Assembly (NCBI GenBank): GCA_002189035.1
Contig: NEEC01000002.1
Location: 2,914,001-2,978,000, forward strand
Source: Utricularia gibba
Lineage: Eukaryota; Plantae; Magnoliophyta
Length of the DNA stretch: 64,000 nt
Direction: 5' to 3'
Below, piece by piece: positions 1 to 15,189 of the stretch; within the stretch, counting starts at the first letter, position 1, and each line of letters opens with the position of its first letter. The notes under the pieces were generated by a model. It saw only the letters and a program-made list of their open reading frames with translations, ran no database searches and was not told the DNA's origin. The position numbers and the translations under genes were made by a program.

Positions 1-395
1 TGTTTCAAATGGCGGCCATGGTTGTACTCACTTGTGTCTGCGGAGCAATATTCCACTCGGGTACATTCTCCCACATTTCCCTTAAAAAGTTCAGCTCACT
101 CATCCCTTCTTTTTTACAACAGAAGCGTACCATCACACTCAATGACAGCCGTGAAGCTCGAAGTGCTCCCTCTGTTAAATGGTATCATTACTCTCGATTC
201 ACTGCAGATTGATGTTAAGGAGAAAGGTAAAACTTCCACCCAAGTATTGATTTATCCATCTTGTTTCCTTGCCTTCTCCTGCATCTGTTTCCCACTCGGT
301 AACATGATTCCTGATCCTTTGCGGCAGGTTTTTGTTACATACCAGAGAATACATTGAAGATAGATGCAACTTCAGGGTTTTCCTCCTCTCGGTAA
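1..395 (+). CDS. 3' end (last three exons) of a TRIPP/TRAPPC14-like protein (At3g17900-like); 5' part lies outside the window
   Basis: Exons 1-60, 123-226 and 328-395 have GT/AG ends and splice to ...GCTHLCLRSNIPLG-SVPSHSMTAVKLEVLPLLNGIITLDSLQIDVKEKG-FCYIPENTLKIDATSGFSSSR*. This resembles the recalled At3g17900 C-terminus (GCTHLWLQSRVPLG...KLELLPLTDGIITLDTLQI..KEKG..YIPE..LKINATS). Confidence 0.65.
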
Positions 396-2006
396 CATGA
401 CTCCTGATCCTCCCATTTTCTATTTGAAAGTATGCAGTCCTGGTTCTCATTGCAAATTTGTCGTGCTAAAATCCATGAGGTAAGTTTTCTGTTGATCTTC
501 TCTCGCCTCTTAGCCAGTTTACTTGTCCAAACGACAATTAATACATATTTGGTATTATTCTTCCTTTTCTTTATCATTGTTTTATTGGGCAACAAGTGAA
601 AGGAAATATGCTGGTTAGATTAAGGGGGAGCGCAATGGCAATAGAAAGTCCTTCATATGATCCTATCTATCTATCTACAGGACCCTCCCTTCCATGAGCC
701 CTGACCACATTAGAACCCGAAATCTCCGAATATCTTGACGTCGTTTAGTCGTCTTTTGTAGATATAAAAATGATTTAGGTCTGCATCACACCTTCACATT
801 AATTACTAGGGAATTACGTTTGGTTCGCATTAATGGGATCGCTTTTCTCTTAATTGTACTGTTAATAGATAATTAGATAGCGATTACCCCTGTTGATGGC
901 TGCATTTTAGTCCAACCATTTTGGTTTTATTTAAAAAATGGCAAGGGAAGAATGACGCAAGCATGATCGACGCCATACGGCACATCCCACCCGCGCCGGA
1001 AATGGTGGGTCCCGCCACTCGCAATCTCCCACGCCGGTTGTTGCTGGTGCCGGGTGGGCCCCCTACCACCGTGTTGTCAAGTTTTAAAATGTTTGTGTAT
1101 TACAAATCGGGTTATTATATTTTGAATGTGTTAGAAAAGTGATCATTGTATGTATAAAATTTTAATTGTGTAAGATAGAAAGTCATCAATTAAAATGCAC
1201 ACAATTTTATTCTTGTTTGTGGTAAATAGTAACAAAGACAGCAATTGAAATTATCCAATGGATGGATAATTTGGGTATTAAAAACTGAATTGCCTGTGGT
1301 TACGGGCAGGGGCTGCTTTTCCACTCTTGGATTGCATAATTGAAAAAGTTGGAACCCGCAATCTTTGCAGTATCTGTCTTGTTTTATTCGAATTTCCATT
1401 TCTCCTTCCCGAAGCAGAAGCTGCGCCACGCCGGGACGAGACTTGCCTCAACTCAGCAGCACCAGCGCTTTGAAACGAAATAGTTTTTGCAGAAGCTTTT
1501 CTGGATAATGAAGCGATGAGCTGGGTTTGTTGCGTATGAGTTGTGGATGTTCTTTTCGTCCTGAGGTTGGTGTTTATTTCTTATTACATGTGATTGTTTG
1601 TCGCGCATGTCTAAGGAGGAAGAGCATTCTGCTTGGGAGGGTCAAGCTAGCTTTTTAACTTTTTCGACGTGTTTAGTGGCTTTGATCTGGGTTTATTTCG
1701 AAGGAAAAGATATTGTTGTTTTATCCACCTCTGGGTCAAACTGGCGTTGTGATTCTCGGTGGCGATGAGGATTGCCATGTTTTCTGTGTTGATTTTGGGT
1801 TTCTCCGGAGCTGAAAAAGAGTTCTTGTTGCCTTGCTTGACTTTTTTGGGGGGAATACGCTAGGGTTATTCTAAGATACTTTTTGGGGATGCTTTGAAAG
1901 AAAATGAGGATGATCTGATCGAAGAACTGTTTTGGCTTGGTTTGCTCGATTTAGGGAGGAGGAGCATTTGGACTTGAAAAATTGGATGAGTTTTGGTTTG
2001 TGAAAG

Positions 2007-3957
2007 ATGGGAGCTGCTGATGATAACTTGAAAGTGAAAACTCTGGATCCCAAGAAATCAAAGAGAAGGCGGAAAGAAGAAGAAGAAGAAGATGTTGTAG
2101 GAAAAACTGGCTGTTGGTTTATGCTGGGGCTCGGGGGAAGCTGTATTCCTTCAAGATCCAAAATTGATAGCTCTGCCACTGGGATGAGCAATCAGGGTAA
2201 CCGGTTTCTACTTCATCGAATTGGCTTTCTGTTTTTAAGAATTTTGAATAGATTTTCCAGAGTTCCAGACTGAGCAGTGCCTAAAATCTCCTTTACCTTG
2301 TCATCAAGATAACTAGTCTTTCACTGAACAGAAACTAAATCTGCAAATGGCACAGGCAAGGGCAACCCAGCTGTTCCAGTTATACCGCCATCCAATACAA
2401 GCAATGCTGAAAGCACTTCTTCATTGTCAAGACTTGAGGAGGAACTTAAAGTTTCTTCTCTCTTACGCAAGTTTACATTTAATGACCTCAAGTTGGCGAC
2501 TAGAAATTTCAGGCCAGAATCTCTCCTTGGTGAAGGAGGATTTGGTTGTGTTTTTAAGGGCTGGATAGAAGAAAATGGGACAGCGCCAGTTAAACCTGGA
2601 ACAGGGCTTACTGTTGCTGTTAAAACTCTGAATCATGATGGGCTTCAGGGTCACAAAGAATGGCTGGTTTGATAGTGTCCTTGTTAAAATTTGTTATATG
2701 TATATTCCGCTATCTAGTAGTTTTGAATTTCTGTTCATTGATTCCAGGCGGAGATAAACTTTTTGGGTCATCTTGTTCATCCCAATCTGGTCAAGTTAGT
2801 TGGCTATTGCATCGAGGACGATCAGAGGCTGCTAGTATATGAGTTCATGCCAAGGGGAAGCTTGGAAAACCACCTATTCCGTAGTATGTTACTTCTTTTC
2901 TTCCGATAGAGAAAATTATGTTTTGAAACATACACCAGAAGGAAGCACTTCATATGTGAGAGTGATCAACCAGAGTGTACACATTTTCTTTGCTGATGAT
3001 TTTTCATCGCAGGATCCCTACCTCTACCATGGTCTGTCCGGATGAAAATAGCTCTTGGTGCGGCAAAAGGGCTTGCCTTTCTTCACGAGGAAGCTGAAAG
3101 ACCAGTGATATATCGTGATTTCAAGACGTCCAATATATTGTTGGATGCTGTGAGCAGTCTATCCCCTAGTTCATTCCATCATCCCCTTGGGGTTCTCTGA
3201 TTTAATCAAGTGTTTCTTCAGGAGTACAATGCCAAACTTTCTGATTTCGGGCTTGCTAAAGATGCTCCTGATGAGGGAAAGACACACGTTTCTACAAGAG
3301 TAATGGGAACGTATGGATACGCCGCCCCAGAATATGTCATGACAGGTAACTCATTCTTCTTTCTTTATACTCTCCAAAACCTGATGAAACAGTTGTGCAA
3401 AATGCTGGAGCAAGAGATGGGACTGTAACTCTGATCTCCTTGCAGGACACCTGACATCAAAAAGCGATGTGTATAGCTTCGGGGTGGTGCTGCTTGAGAT
3501 GATAACCGGAAGAAGGTCGATGGACAAGCACCGCCCCAACGGAGAACACAATCTCGTCGAATGGGCTCGGCCTCACCTCGCCGAAAGACGGCAGTTCCAC
3601 CGCCTGTTAGATCCCCGGCTGGAAGGCCATTTCTCCATCACCGGAGCTCAAAAGGCTGCCGCTTTGGCCGCCAGTTGCCTATCCCGCGATCCCAAGGCGC
3701 GCCCTCTGATGAGTGAAGTTGTCGAGGCCCTGAAGCCTCTGCCCAACCTCAAGGACATGGCGAGCTCCTCGTACTACTTCCAGACAACACAACCCCATCG
3801 GTCCGCCGCCAAAACCGTACACCAGAGACAAGGGCCTGTCTGTAGAAACGGTGCTCAGCAGCAGCATCCCAGAGGCCTGTCTATACCGCATGTCTGCCAT
3901 CCTTCTCCTCGCCATCATCTCGTTTTCCCGTCTCCGAAACCTTGCAACAGGCTGTGA
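2007..3957 (+). CDS. Receptor-like cytoplasmic kinase, RLCK-VII (PBL34/35/36, PIX7-like)
   Basis: Exons 2007-2196, 2332-2666, 2748-2883, 3013-3149, 3222-3345 and 3446-3957 splice in frame. Motifs: [35 protein letters not shown]-terminal GCW...SCIPSRSK is typical of this subclade. Confidence 0.95.
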
Positions 3958-4937
3958 TATAGAAATCTGGTGACGTCATGATGATGAATGCAGTTGTCAT
4001 TCTTTCTTCCATTAACAGACTTGACGGCGGCTATGAATCATTTTTAACCAATGGGATAAGTTAGGACCTATTCCGTAATTTGAATAAATAATTAAGATAA
4101 TGTAAAATCAAATTATATTTTGAAACTATTTAAATATATTTAATTTTGAGAGTATTAAACTGTTTTGTGACATATTATAAAATTTAATAAAATAATAAAA
4201 TTTAATATATTAAATATAGTATTATATAAATTAATATTATGATATAAATATATTTTTAAAAAATTAAAAACGAATATTATAATTTTAATTAATTTTTTAT
4301 TTAATTACTATAATAAATATTGAATAAATTCAATTTAAATTTAATCATAAAATCTGAATTTTTAACTTTATTACAAAATGATTAAAAATTAAAATCTTTA
4401 AAAATTAAACATAATCATTTTACAAAATTATGAAAATAGAGAATGTACTTATTACGATTAAATTTTTACAAAATTCAAAATATTGATAATTTATAAAGAA
4501 GACAGACTAAATTTTAAAAAATTGTGGTTGACTAACTAAAGTAGCATATTTTTAATTACGTACTTTTTTAAGATAATATTTTATAGATATATAATGGAGG
4601 AATTAATTAGAAGTTTAGGGATCCTTAAATTAAAATTTTAATTTAAAAAATGCACGTAGATTTCTTAATATTTTTTTATTAATGTAATGTCATGAGTAAT
4701 TATTGAAAGGATAAGAAATACTTAAAACAATATTCTTTCTATTTTTGTTTATTTAGTTTAGATTCCGGATATTTATAGTTACTCTCCGAGGAGGAGGCCT
4801 CAACACGTGTATACTATATCCATACGCGGCGAACGGTTATTCGTCCATCTGCAACACTTTTTTTTTTAATTTTTTTCTCGACAAAAATTGGATCTTCTTT
4901 TACATGTAGCGAAATCCGTTTGTTGGTTCATCGGAGA

Positions 4938-6613
4938 ATGCAGGAAATGGCGATGCGTGAAGAATCGAAGAGTCAAAGTTACGATGCGTATTTCGAAATG
5001 GTCCGAAGCAGGAAGAAGATTCCTCAGTCCCTGCAAGAATCTCTCACCGCCGCATTCGCTGGAATCCCTGTTTCATCCTTTCCTTTAGTCCCCGGCGGCA
5101 AGGGTAATGATCCGACGTACTGAAAACGAAATCCGATTTACTTTGATTAAAAATGCTACCAAATGATACGTTGTTGGTTCTTGATAGTTGTCAAGATTCT
5201 TGCGGACACTACGATCGGCGACGCCGTGAAGATATTGTCGGATTCGAATATTTTGTCGGCTCCGGTTGTGGATCCCGGGGCGACAGACTCGATGGATTGG
5301 AGGAAGAGGTATTTGGGGATAATGGACTATTCCGATATTATTCGTTGGGTGCTGCAGAACGGGGAAATTGCGGCTGCAGCGTTGTCCGCCTCTTCGGCCG
5401 CGGCTATCGGCGTTGGAACCGGGGCCGCGGGCGCTCTAGGCGCTCTAGCGTTGGGAGCAGCCGGTCCTCTTGCAGTAGCCGGTGTCACGGCTGCCGCGGT
5501 AGGGGCCGCCGTTGCGGGAGGTGCAGTGGCGGAGACGGGAATGGGCAAAGATGCCTCAACGGCGGCAGATAAATTGGGTGAGGATTTCTACAATGTGATG
5601 CTCCATGAAGAGCCTTTCAAATCAACAACGGTATAACCCTTGTAAAATACCATTCCCTGAATGCTCTTGGGATCTTCATTTCTCTGAGGCAGAACGCCAT
5701 AGCTAGCACACTACAGTCTTCAGCTTTGCTTACTGGTTATGCAGGTGAGGGCGATACTGAAGTCACATCGAGAGGCACCGTTTATCGCTGTTGGATCAGA
5801 TAGCTCAATATTGAGCGTCATGTTGCTGTTATCCAAGTACAGGCTTCGGAGTGTTCCGGTAGTCGAATCCGGAAGTTCAACCATCAAAAACTACATAACT
5901 CAATCAGCTGTGATTCAGGGCCTTCAGAGATGCAAGGGGAGGGACTGGTTCGACTTAATCTCATCGCTTCCGTTGTCGGAGCTCGGCCTCCCCTTCATGT
6001 CTCCAGAGCAGGTAAATGTTGCAAAAGAGCAATGTAGTTTCCTTGCAATGAAGATGACCATCCATTTGCTACTTGCAAGGTTGTGAGCATTGAGGACAAT
6101 GAATTGATTCTTGAAGCGTTTAAGAAAATGAAGGAAAAGCAAGTTGGAGGATTACCAGTTGTAGAGGGAGGAACCAGGCGGATCCTGGGGAACATAAGCA
6201 CCCGCGATATGCGCTTCCTTCTCCTGAAACCCGACCTCTTCAACGGCACCGGGTACATGTCTATATGATCGGAAAAGCGTTTCACTTTACTTGAATCTAC
6301 ATGAATGTGCTTATCTGAGTCCATTGGGAATCCCAGAACACTCACCGTGAAAGAGTTCCTGACTACAATCTCCGGGATCGGGGAGGGGCATTCTCCGATA
6401 ACGTGCAGGCCGGACTCCACACTGGCTAATGTGATCGAGACGCTTGCCTCCGAGGGTGTTCATCGAATCCATGTCACCGTGGGCAAGGAGAATGATGAGC
6501 CTATTGGTGTGATTACTCTTAGAGATGTGATCTCTTGCTTCGTCAGCGAGCCCCAGAACTTCTCCGATGACTACTTTGGGCATGCCACTCAAGAACTCTT
6601 ATCCCAGGAGTAA
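4938..6613 (+). CDS. CBS-domain protein, SNF1-related kinase regulatory gamma-1-like (At1g69800-like)
   Basis: Exons 4938-5103, 5188-5630, 5745-6011, 6080-6252 and 6337-6613 splice in frame. Motifs: YDAYFE..RKK, GIPVSSFP.VPGG, ILSAPV, an Ala/Gly-rich insert, KYRLRSVPV, GVITLRDVISCFVSEP. Confidence 0.93.
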
Positions 6614-6902
6614 ACCAAGCTCGCCGAGTTCCCCCAGACGCAAGCTCTCTGCATGGATGATTCTATGTTGCATGGACTCTACGCGTAGTTAGCAGTTGAA
6701 TTTATAAGCAGGTGTGGGCATGAATCTGATCTATGCTGTGAACTTGAATTTAGTATATGAAGCACATGGAAGAGCATCTGTGGGTTTCGTAATGATTAAA
6801 CATACTCCAACTGAAACTGAAAAAACAAGGGATATTGGAAGAACGTGAGATTAAACGCAATAGAGTGCAGAAATCAGGCCTAAATCTTGCTTGCAGTTCA
6901 CC

Positions 6903-8080
<1,178 letters not shown>

Positions 8081-8781
8081 GGCTTCTCTCCGGCGCCGCT
8101 GATGATGGATTCCTTGTGGCACATCCGAAATACAAAACCTAATGGGCGGTAACAACAGTATCTGATTTGGGCCTTAGCACAAAATTGATGGACCGGATGT
8201 ATCAACGAAGCCCAACGTCGGTCGTTTTCTCGTATTTTCAGAATATTTGTGAACTTCAATACGGGTGATGACTGTTGACGAACCTTCTGCCATGCACATG
8301 CTTGGCGCACGCCGGCACGCGCCGCCCCAACCCGTCTGACTTCACCACCGCACACCACTAAACAGGTGAATTTCAATCTCAGATTACCCAAACAACCCAA
8401 AGTAAGGAGAAGAACGGAACGGCGAAGGGGGCGTCACCGTGGGGGTGGGGCCCACCACTAAGGGCCGACCCCCGTGGCCACATGATTTTGTTTTCCAGGG
8501 AAAAGGAATTTTTTAACAATCCGTCGTCAGCGATCTCTTCTTCCTATTTTTTATTTCAATTTCTCTTCCAGTCTTCTTCGGGCAAATCCTCGTGTCTGTC
8601 AACCCTTCTACTTTCCGACATTGGGAGACACGTTTAACGGCTGACCACTCACAGTAACCGTTTCTTTCAATTCCTGTTTGTGTGTGTGTGTGTGTTGAAA
8701 CGGGAGTCAGAAATCGAGTCTGGATTTGAATTTTTTCTTTGGTTTTCCCAGAAATCTTGGTGGTTCATTGAGGTTATTGGT

Positions 8782-10459
8782 ATGGGAACGATGGTGGTAA
8801 GCGGTTTCGAGGTGTCGGATGAGTTATTGGGGACTGTTGTGCCGATAATTGTTTACTGGGTTTACTCAGGGATATATGAGTTATTGGGTTCCCTTGAGAA
8901 TTATAGGCTGCATAGTAAAAAAGATGAGGATGAGAAGAATTCGGTGCCTAAGAAAGATGTGGTCAAAGGGGTGCTGCTTCAACAGGCTGTTCAGGCGCTT
9001 GTTGCCACCATCTTATTTGCTGTATGTGTCGAAATTTCTGTTTTGGTTTGTTAGTTTCATTCATTATATGATGGATATCATTTATTGCTTTTGGGTGGTT
9101 GGTTAATAATAGTTTCGATTATGTGCTATCTTCCAGATATCAAGTGTGTGTACTTAATTGTTAATGAAGTAAATGCTTCGCTTTTGGGATTTGAATAGGA
9201 ATCCAGTTTCTTACCAGGAAGCATCTGTTTTATTTTGACGGAGTGTCTTTTGACAGAAAACCAAGGCTTCCTTCACTTGGGGTTTGTCTTTTTGCGCTGT
9301 GTATGTATGTTTTCATGCAGACCTCCTCTTTTGAGTAATGAAAACAAGAGCCTTTTTTTGAATGCAGAGGAAAATCTTAGGAAGTTTTAAGGTTACCCTG
9401 TTTCTTTGCCTGTTAAAAGTTGTGTTCACAGAATTATCTTTCCTGATGTACACAAGAGTTTCCTTTGCATGGCCATGCCTGTCTGATTGGCCTACAAAAT
9501 CCGAAAAAATTCTCTACTTATATCTCTTTGGGGGGTGGTTTTTTATGGATTCTTGTTGCTGTTGATATATGGTATTTGCCTCTGAAATTTCCAGTGGGAA
9601 TAAATATACGAAAAATTTATTCTGTATCTGAAAAAAATAGTGATTGTACTTAAGTGCTTGACTGTGCATGAACGTGCTACCGTGTTCTGTATAACTGTCT
9701 CACTTTAGGAACACTAGCGACGAAAACAATGCCAAATATTATAGCATGGCTATCTGAATATTTGGAAGTAGCAGTAATAGGTTACCTGCTATTTTTCACA
9801 AATAGGGGTACCTCCGTCATTAAGAGAACTCTGTGCTGTATCTTCCATAAGTTTTTCCCCTTGTTTACAGTTTCTTATTGGGTGGAATTCCTTCTCTCAG
9901 GTTACTTCAGATGTTGGCGATTCTGGACAAGCAGACTCAGAAAAGGCTTCTTTTTTTGTTCTAGCAAGACAGTTCCTAGTTGCGATGGTCATCTTGGATA
10001 CCTGGCAGTATTTCATGCACCGTTACTTGCATTACAACAAGTTCTTATACCGGCACATTCACTCGCAGCATCATCGCCTCGTTGTCCCTTACGCCTTTGG
10101 AGCATTATACAACCACCCTTGGAAGGCCTTCTTCTTGACACAGTTGGTGGAGCTTTATCTTTCCTTGCCTCCGGCATGTCCCCCGAACCTCAATCTTCTT
10201 CTTCTCCTTTGCCACTCTCAAAACCGTTGATGATCACTGTGGACTCTGGCTGCCCGGAAACCTTTTCCACTTTTTCTTCAGAAACAACTCCGCATATCAT
10301 GATATTCATCATCAGCTCTATGGGAACAAGTACAATTTCTCACAGCCATTTTTTGTGATGTGGGATCGTATCCTAGGCACTTACATGCCTTACTCGCTTG
10401 AGAAGAGAAGTAATGGCGGATTTGAAGCCCGGCCGGCCACAGACTGCAAGGAAGAATGA
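8782..10459 (+). CDS. SBH: Sphingoid base (sphinganine) C4-hydroxylase, SBH1/SBH2-like; two apparent -1 frameshifts in exon 2
   Basis: Exons 8782-9021 and 9901-10459. His boxes HRYLH, HSQHH and HDIHH are present. The homologous frame is restored by adding 1 nt at ~10116-10120 (NHP-LEG) and at the C-run 10180-10184 (MSP-RTS). Confidence 0.9.
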
Positions 10460-10973
10460 GGTTCATACGGCTTCCCTGTTAGTGCATTTGTATCAATATA
10501 GTGGCTTTTGTTTTCATCTACATCATCTGAGTGCTTCAAAGTGGTATATAAATTCATCTGCAATGATAACCGGAATAGTTTTGTCATTCATTCGTTTCAT
10601 GAGAGCCATCTTTCTGTTTCTGCTGTTTGTATTTGTGTTCCTTGTACGACGCACTCAGAGGGTTTTTGAGTTGGTCCTGTTCGCAGTTTAGGGGTTTTGA
10701 AAACTAATAAAATCGGTAGTACAAATAATAAGTAAACTGAACCGTTAACATCCCCTCCATTGGTGAGGATTGTTCTTTAGGTTTGAGTGTTTGGACATGA
10801 ATCTGGTGCTTTGAGATGAAGCAGCATCAAAACTTTCAATAACTTGGAAGCGACAATGTTAGTTGAACTGCCAGTGAATGGCTAAGAACATAACACGGGT
10901 AGGAACCAAGGGCATTTCGACGAACACAAAAGAGGATGGCTGGCTCGCTCATCTTTGGGGTCGCATTCCCATT

Positions 10974-11915
<942 letters not shown>

Positions 11916-12144
11916 TTTCCCTGCTAATCCGGCGTCTTCTGTCTCTCGAGCTTACGGCGGTTCTAGAGCTACGCGATGAGACATGAACCAACGTATATAT
12001 AACTTGGTTTTTGCCCTAGTCTAAATGGGCCCAACCCTTCAAACCCGTGATTTCTTATTGGACTTTGTTTACAAAACCCAATTATAAACGGTTCGGTCCA
12101 GCAATAAAATCAGATTATGATATTGGGTCTGGCCCAGCCATCGA
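11916..12144. promoter_or_regulatory. Short bidirectional promoter between RPL34 and L32p with site II-like elements
   Basis: The head-to-head ATGs are 229 bp apart. The interval contains TGGGCC/GGCCCA motifs (~12026-12033, ~12130-12136) and a TATA-like run at ~11994-12002. Confidence 0.55.
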
Positions 12145-13399
12145 ATGCTCCGCCGCCGCTTCATCAGAACGCCGAAAAAATCCGTATTTTCCGACAAGCG
12201 CTGCGGCATGGCGTTGAGAGTGGGGAATCGAGGAAGCGCATGTAGTATAGCGAAGATTGATCACGTATTTGGGGGATTTTTCCGGTGGATCCATGCAGCT
12301 CCACGACCGTTGCCGCCGCTGGAGAGCTCCGTTTTGAAACTTGGTCCCACGGAAATGCCTCCCTTGGTTTCACCGGAGAATCGAAGCGGTTTCGGTATCG
12401 GTATCGGTATCGGGATTTTGATTCCGAGATTTTCGTCATTTCTCGGGTCAATGGAACTGATGGCTGTTCCAAGAAGAAAGTAAGCTTCAGTTTCGGGGTG
12501 TTTAGGTTTTTTTGATTGTTCCCTGGATTAAACAAATGCACATGGTTTTTCTTTTGGAATATGATAAGTGCGTAGAATTTTTTATGCAATGCATGACGTG
12601 GTTTGCTGTTTTGGTATTGCTAATTCATCATTAATGTGCTTTTGGGTCTTTTCTGCGAAAGCATCTCCGATATATATCTTTAGGTGTTGGTCATCTGATT
12701 ATGCTGTGAATCATTTCAGAAGTCCTACTTCAATTGACTTTGAGTTCTTGTATCAGACAACCCCTCACAAGAAGGGAATCAGGAACGGACCCAAGGCTCT
12801 GAAGCCTGTTCCCGTGATCATTCGTTGCAAGTATGTACTTTTTGCAAGAAAAAAATGTGGTTATAAATTCGAAAGATGCCTCTACCTGATTATTTGATTC
12901 GTTCTTCGCAAGACTACATGGAGCATCTGTAGTAAGACTGAATGATAGCTTGCTCATTGATGCCAGTGCCTACATGAAATATATTTTTTTCGACTTCACA
13001 ACAGTAAATTTGGATTGTAGCTTTTATTCCCTATTTCAGACGCCTGTAACAGCTGAATCACCTGCCATTATTCATGTCTAAGCTTGGTGTTTGCCCCGAA
13101 TTTATTAACATTTTCTGCCTTGCCTTAGTTCCATATTTTGATCCCTTGGAGAGGCCTTCTACCATATTATCGGATTCAATCATGAAAGTTTCTTGCTGAT
13201 CAATGCCAATGCTTGCGTTGGAAAACCTGTTTGTGTGATACTCTTGTTTGCTAGGCAGCGCCGAATCAGGTTACAGCATGTCATTTTTGCCTGGGTTTCA
13301 AGCCATGACTATGTCTTTTATGTTTTCAGGGTGTGTGGCCGTGTGAAGCTACCGCACTTCTACTGTTGTAGTGGGGTTAAGCCCAATCCAGGCAGTTGA
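12145..13399 (+). CDS. Organellar (probably mitochondrial) ribosomal protein L32p family (At1g26740/At1g69485-like)
   Basis: Exons 12145-~12480, 12757-12830 and 13330-13399 give GSMELMAVPRRK-TTPHKKGIRNGPKALKPVPVIIRCK-VCGRVKLPHFYCC, with an N-terminal targeting extension. The first donor appears to lack one G. Confidence 0.88.
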
Positions 13400-13902
13400 C
13401 CATGAGGGCTTATAGTGTATGCTTCTAAATCCAGTTTTTCATGCCAAGTAACAAGCTTTTGTACCGAGGTTTCTTTAGCAAGAAATGCACAAGCTTTTTC
13501 GTATTGGGATTTCAAGGGCATCATTTTACAGCATTGGATCTCGTTTTTGCGTGGCATTTTATAATCATCTCTTTAGGTTGTTGTTACCCTTTCATGATTT
13601 AGCCAATCGCAAGGATAAGCTTGAAGCCGTGGTGCAAACAACCTATTTTGATCACGTGGTCCACGTTTCTTATAGAAGGACGGTTCAAAGGGTGGCTTCT
13701 GGGTGGGCGACCCGACCCGGAGCTTGCCGGCTCAAGACTCGACAAAATATCTAAAGAACGCCTTCAACCTTCACAAGGAATTGTGAATCTTTGTGGTTTC
13801 TTTGCGTTCTGGAATTCTCTGCTCAAGCGGAACAAAAAAAAAAAAAAACGACATACACACAAGGCCGAGGAAGAGTCAGGAACGAGAGCCTCGAGAACGG
13901 TC

Positions 13903-15052
13903 ATGGATTGTCTAACATCCGTCTCCGCAACGATCGTGCTCCCTCTCACGCGCCACCTGCACCACCATCGAAGCAGGCGAGTCAGATCTTTTTCCTTTAC
14001 ACGGAGCAAAACGGTTAACGGCAAACGAGGAGGTGTTCCGATGAACCGGAGAGTCGACTGTAGATCGAACCCGGGAAATGATCAGGAAGGAGGAAGCCGG
14101 CGTTGGAGAGATGAGGAATTGGAGAGAGCGCTGCGGTTGGACGGCGCGATCCCTGGAACTTCCGATGCGTTTGTCGAGCAAGTATCGTCACGCGCTTATG
14201 ATATGCGGAGGCATCTCCATCAGAGCCTCGATAGCAGCAGTTATGACGGTGAGCTCCTCTTTTTCCTCCCTGCAACCCCTGAGAACTTATAATCCTAAAA
14301 CGGCCTGTGGCAATGATCATTGGGTTCCACAATAGCTTGAGCACTCTGTGATTGCTGCAGTGTTGGAGGCAAATCCATGGAGAGAGGCAACAAAGTCTGT
14401 TTATGTCCTTACCCACCAGGAAAACCAGCTATGTACCATGAGAACTCGTCGAAATCGGAGGTTGCTCTGAGATTCATTCAAATATTTCTCTCGTTATTTT
14501 TACCGTTAAGCAGTTAAGAAAACATTTCTCTTGCAGAGAAGTCGAGAAGGAACTCGGGATTCTCTTCTCCAAGGGGGGAAGGTACGAAATCAGTCGAAAT
14601 CATCAGGTTCCAGCTCCAAATTTCAGATGTTGGTTGAAGATGTCAGAGAGGGTATACTTGTGAGTTCTCCCAATGTTGATTTCTGCGGTTGCAATTCGCT
14701 TTGAGAAGAAAGAACTTGAAACCAGCCTTCCTTCACGTTCCCTAAAAGGTATTCGAAGACGAAAATGAAGCTGCGAAATACTGTGACTTGCTTCAAGGAG
14801 GAGGTCAAAGCTGCGAAGGTGTTGCAGAGATAGACGCCACATCTGTAAGTAGAACACCACCAATCTCATTCCTCGTTCATAGCAAAGCATTTCTTCAGCC
14901 AAAAAAGTATGCAGGTTTTTGATCTGTGCCGGAGAAATAAAGCTCTTGCTGTTTTATTCCGCCGGGGAAGAACACCACCGCTACCTGAAAGCCTTAAACT
15001 CAACCTCGCTGCACGCAAGCGCTCCCTTGAAGACCAAGATGAATTAAACTGA
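13903..15052 (+). CDS. Conserved uncharacterised plant protein with a transit-peptide-like N-terminus
   Basis: Exons 13903-14248, 14361-14460, 14537-14659, 14749-14844 and 14915-15052, all GT/AG. One G must be added to the G6 run at 14573-14578. Product: RAYDMRRHLHQSLDSSSYDVLEANPWRE...KFQMLVEDVREGILVFEDENEAAKYCDLLQGG...RRGRTPPLPESLKLNLAARKRSLEDQ. Confidence 0.8.
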
Positions 15053-15189
15053 AGAAGTAGTAAGATTCGTCCTTGGAAATTAATCTCCGCTGTCAATCGT
15101 ATAGCTGACTCCTGACTGTTACATCTCTAAAGCACTGATCCTCTTTGTGTCCGTGCCTCATCAGCTTTCAACAGCGCCGGCAAGGGGAA

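Noticed and set aside
199-595. Minus-strand ORFs at the window start
   Set aside because: They are shadows of the + strand TRIPP-like exons and 3' UTR.
5370-5540. Striking Ala/Gly-rich hydrophobic stretch and overlapping Arg-rich ORFs in the CBS gene
   Set aside because: The Ala/Gly insert is a recalled normal feature of At1g69800-type proteins, and the other ORFs are GC-rich alternative frames.
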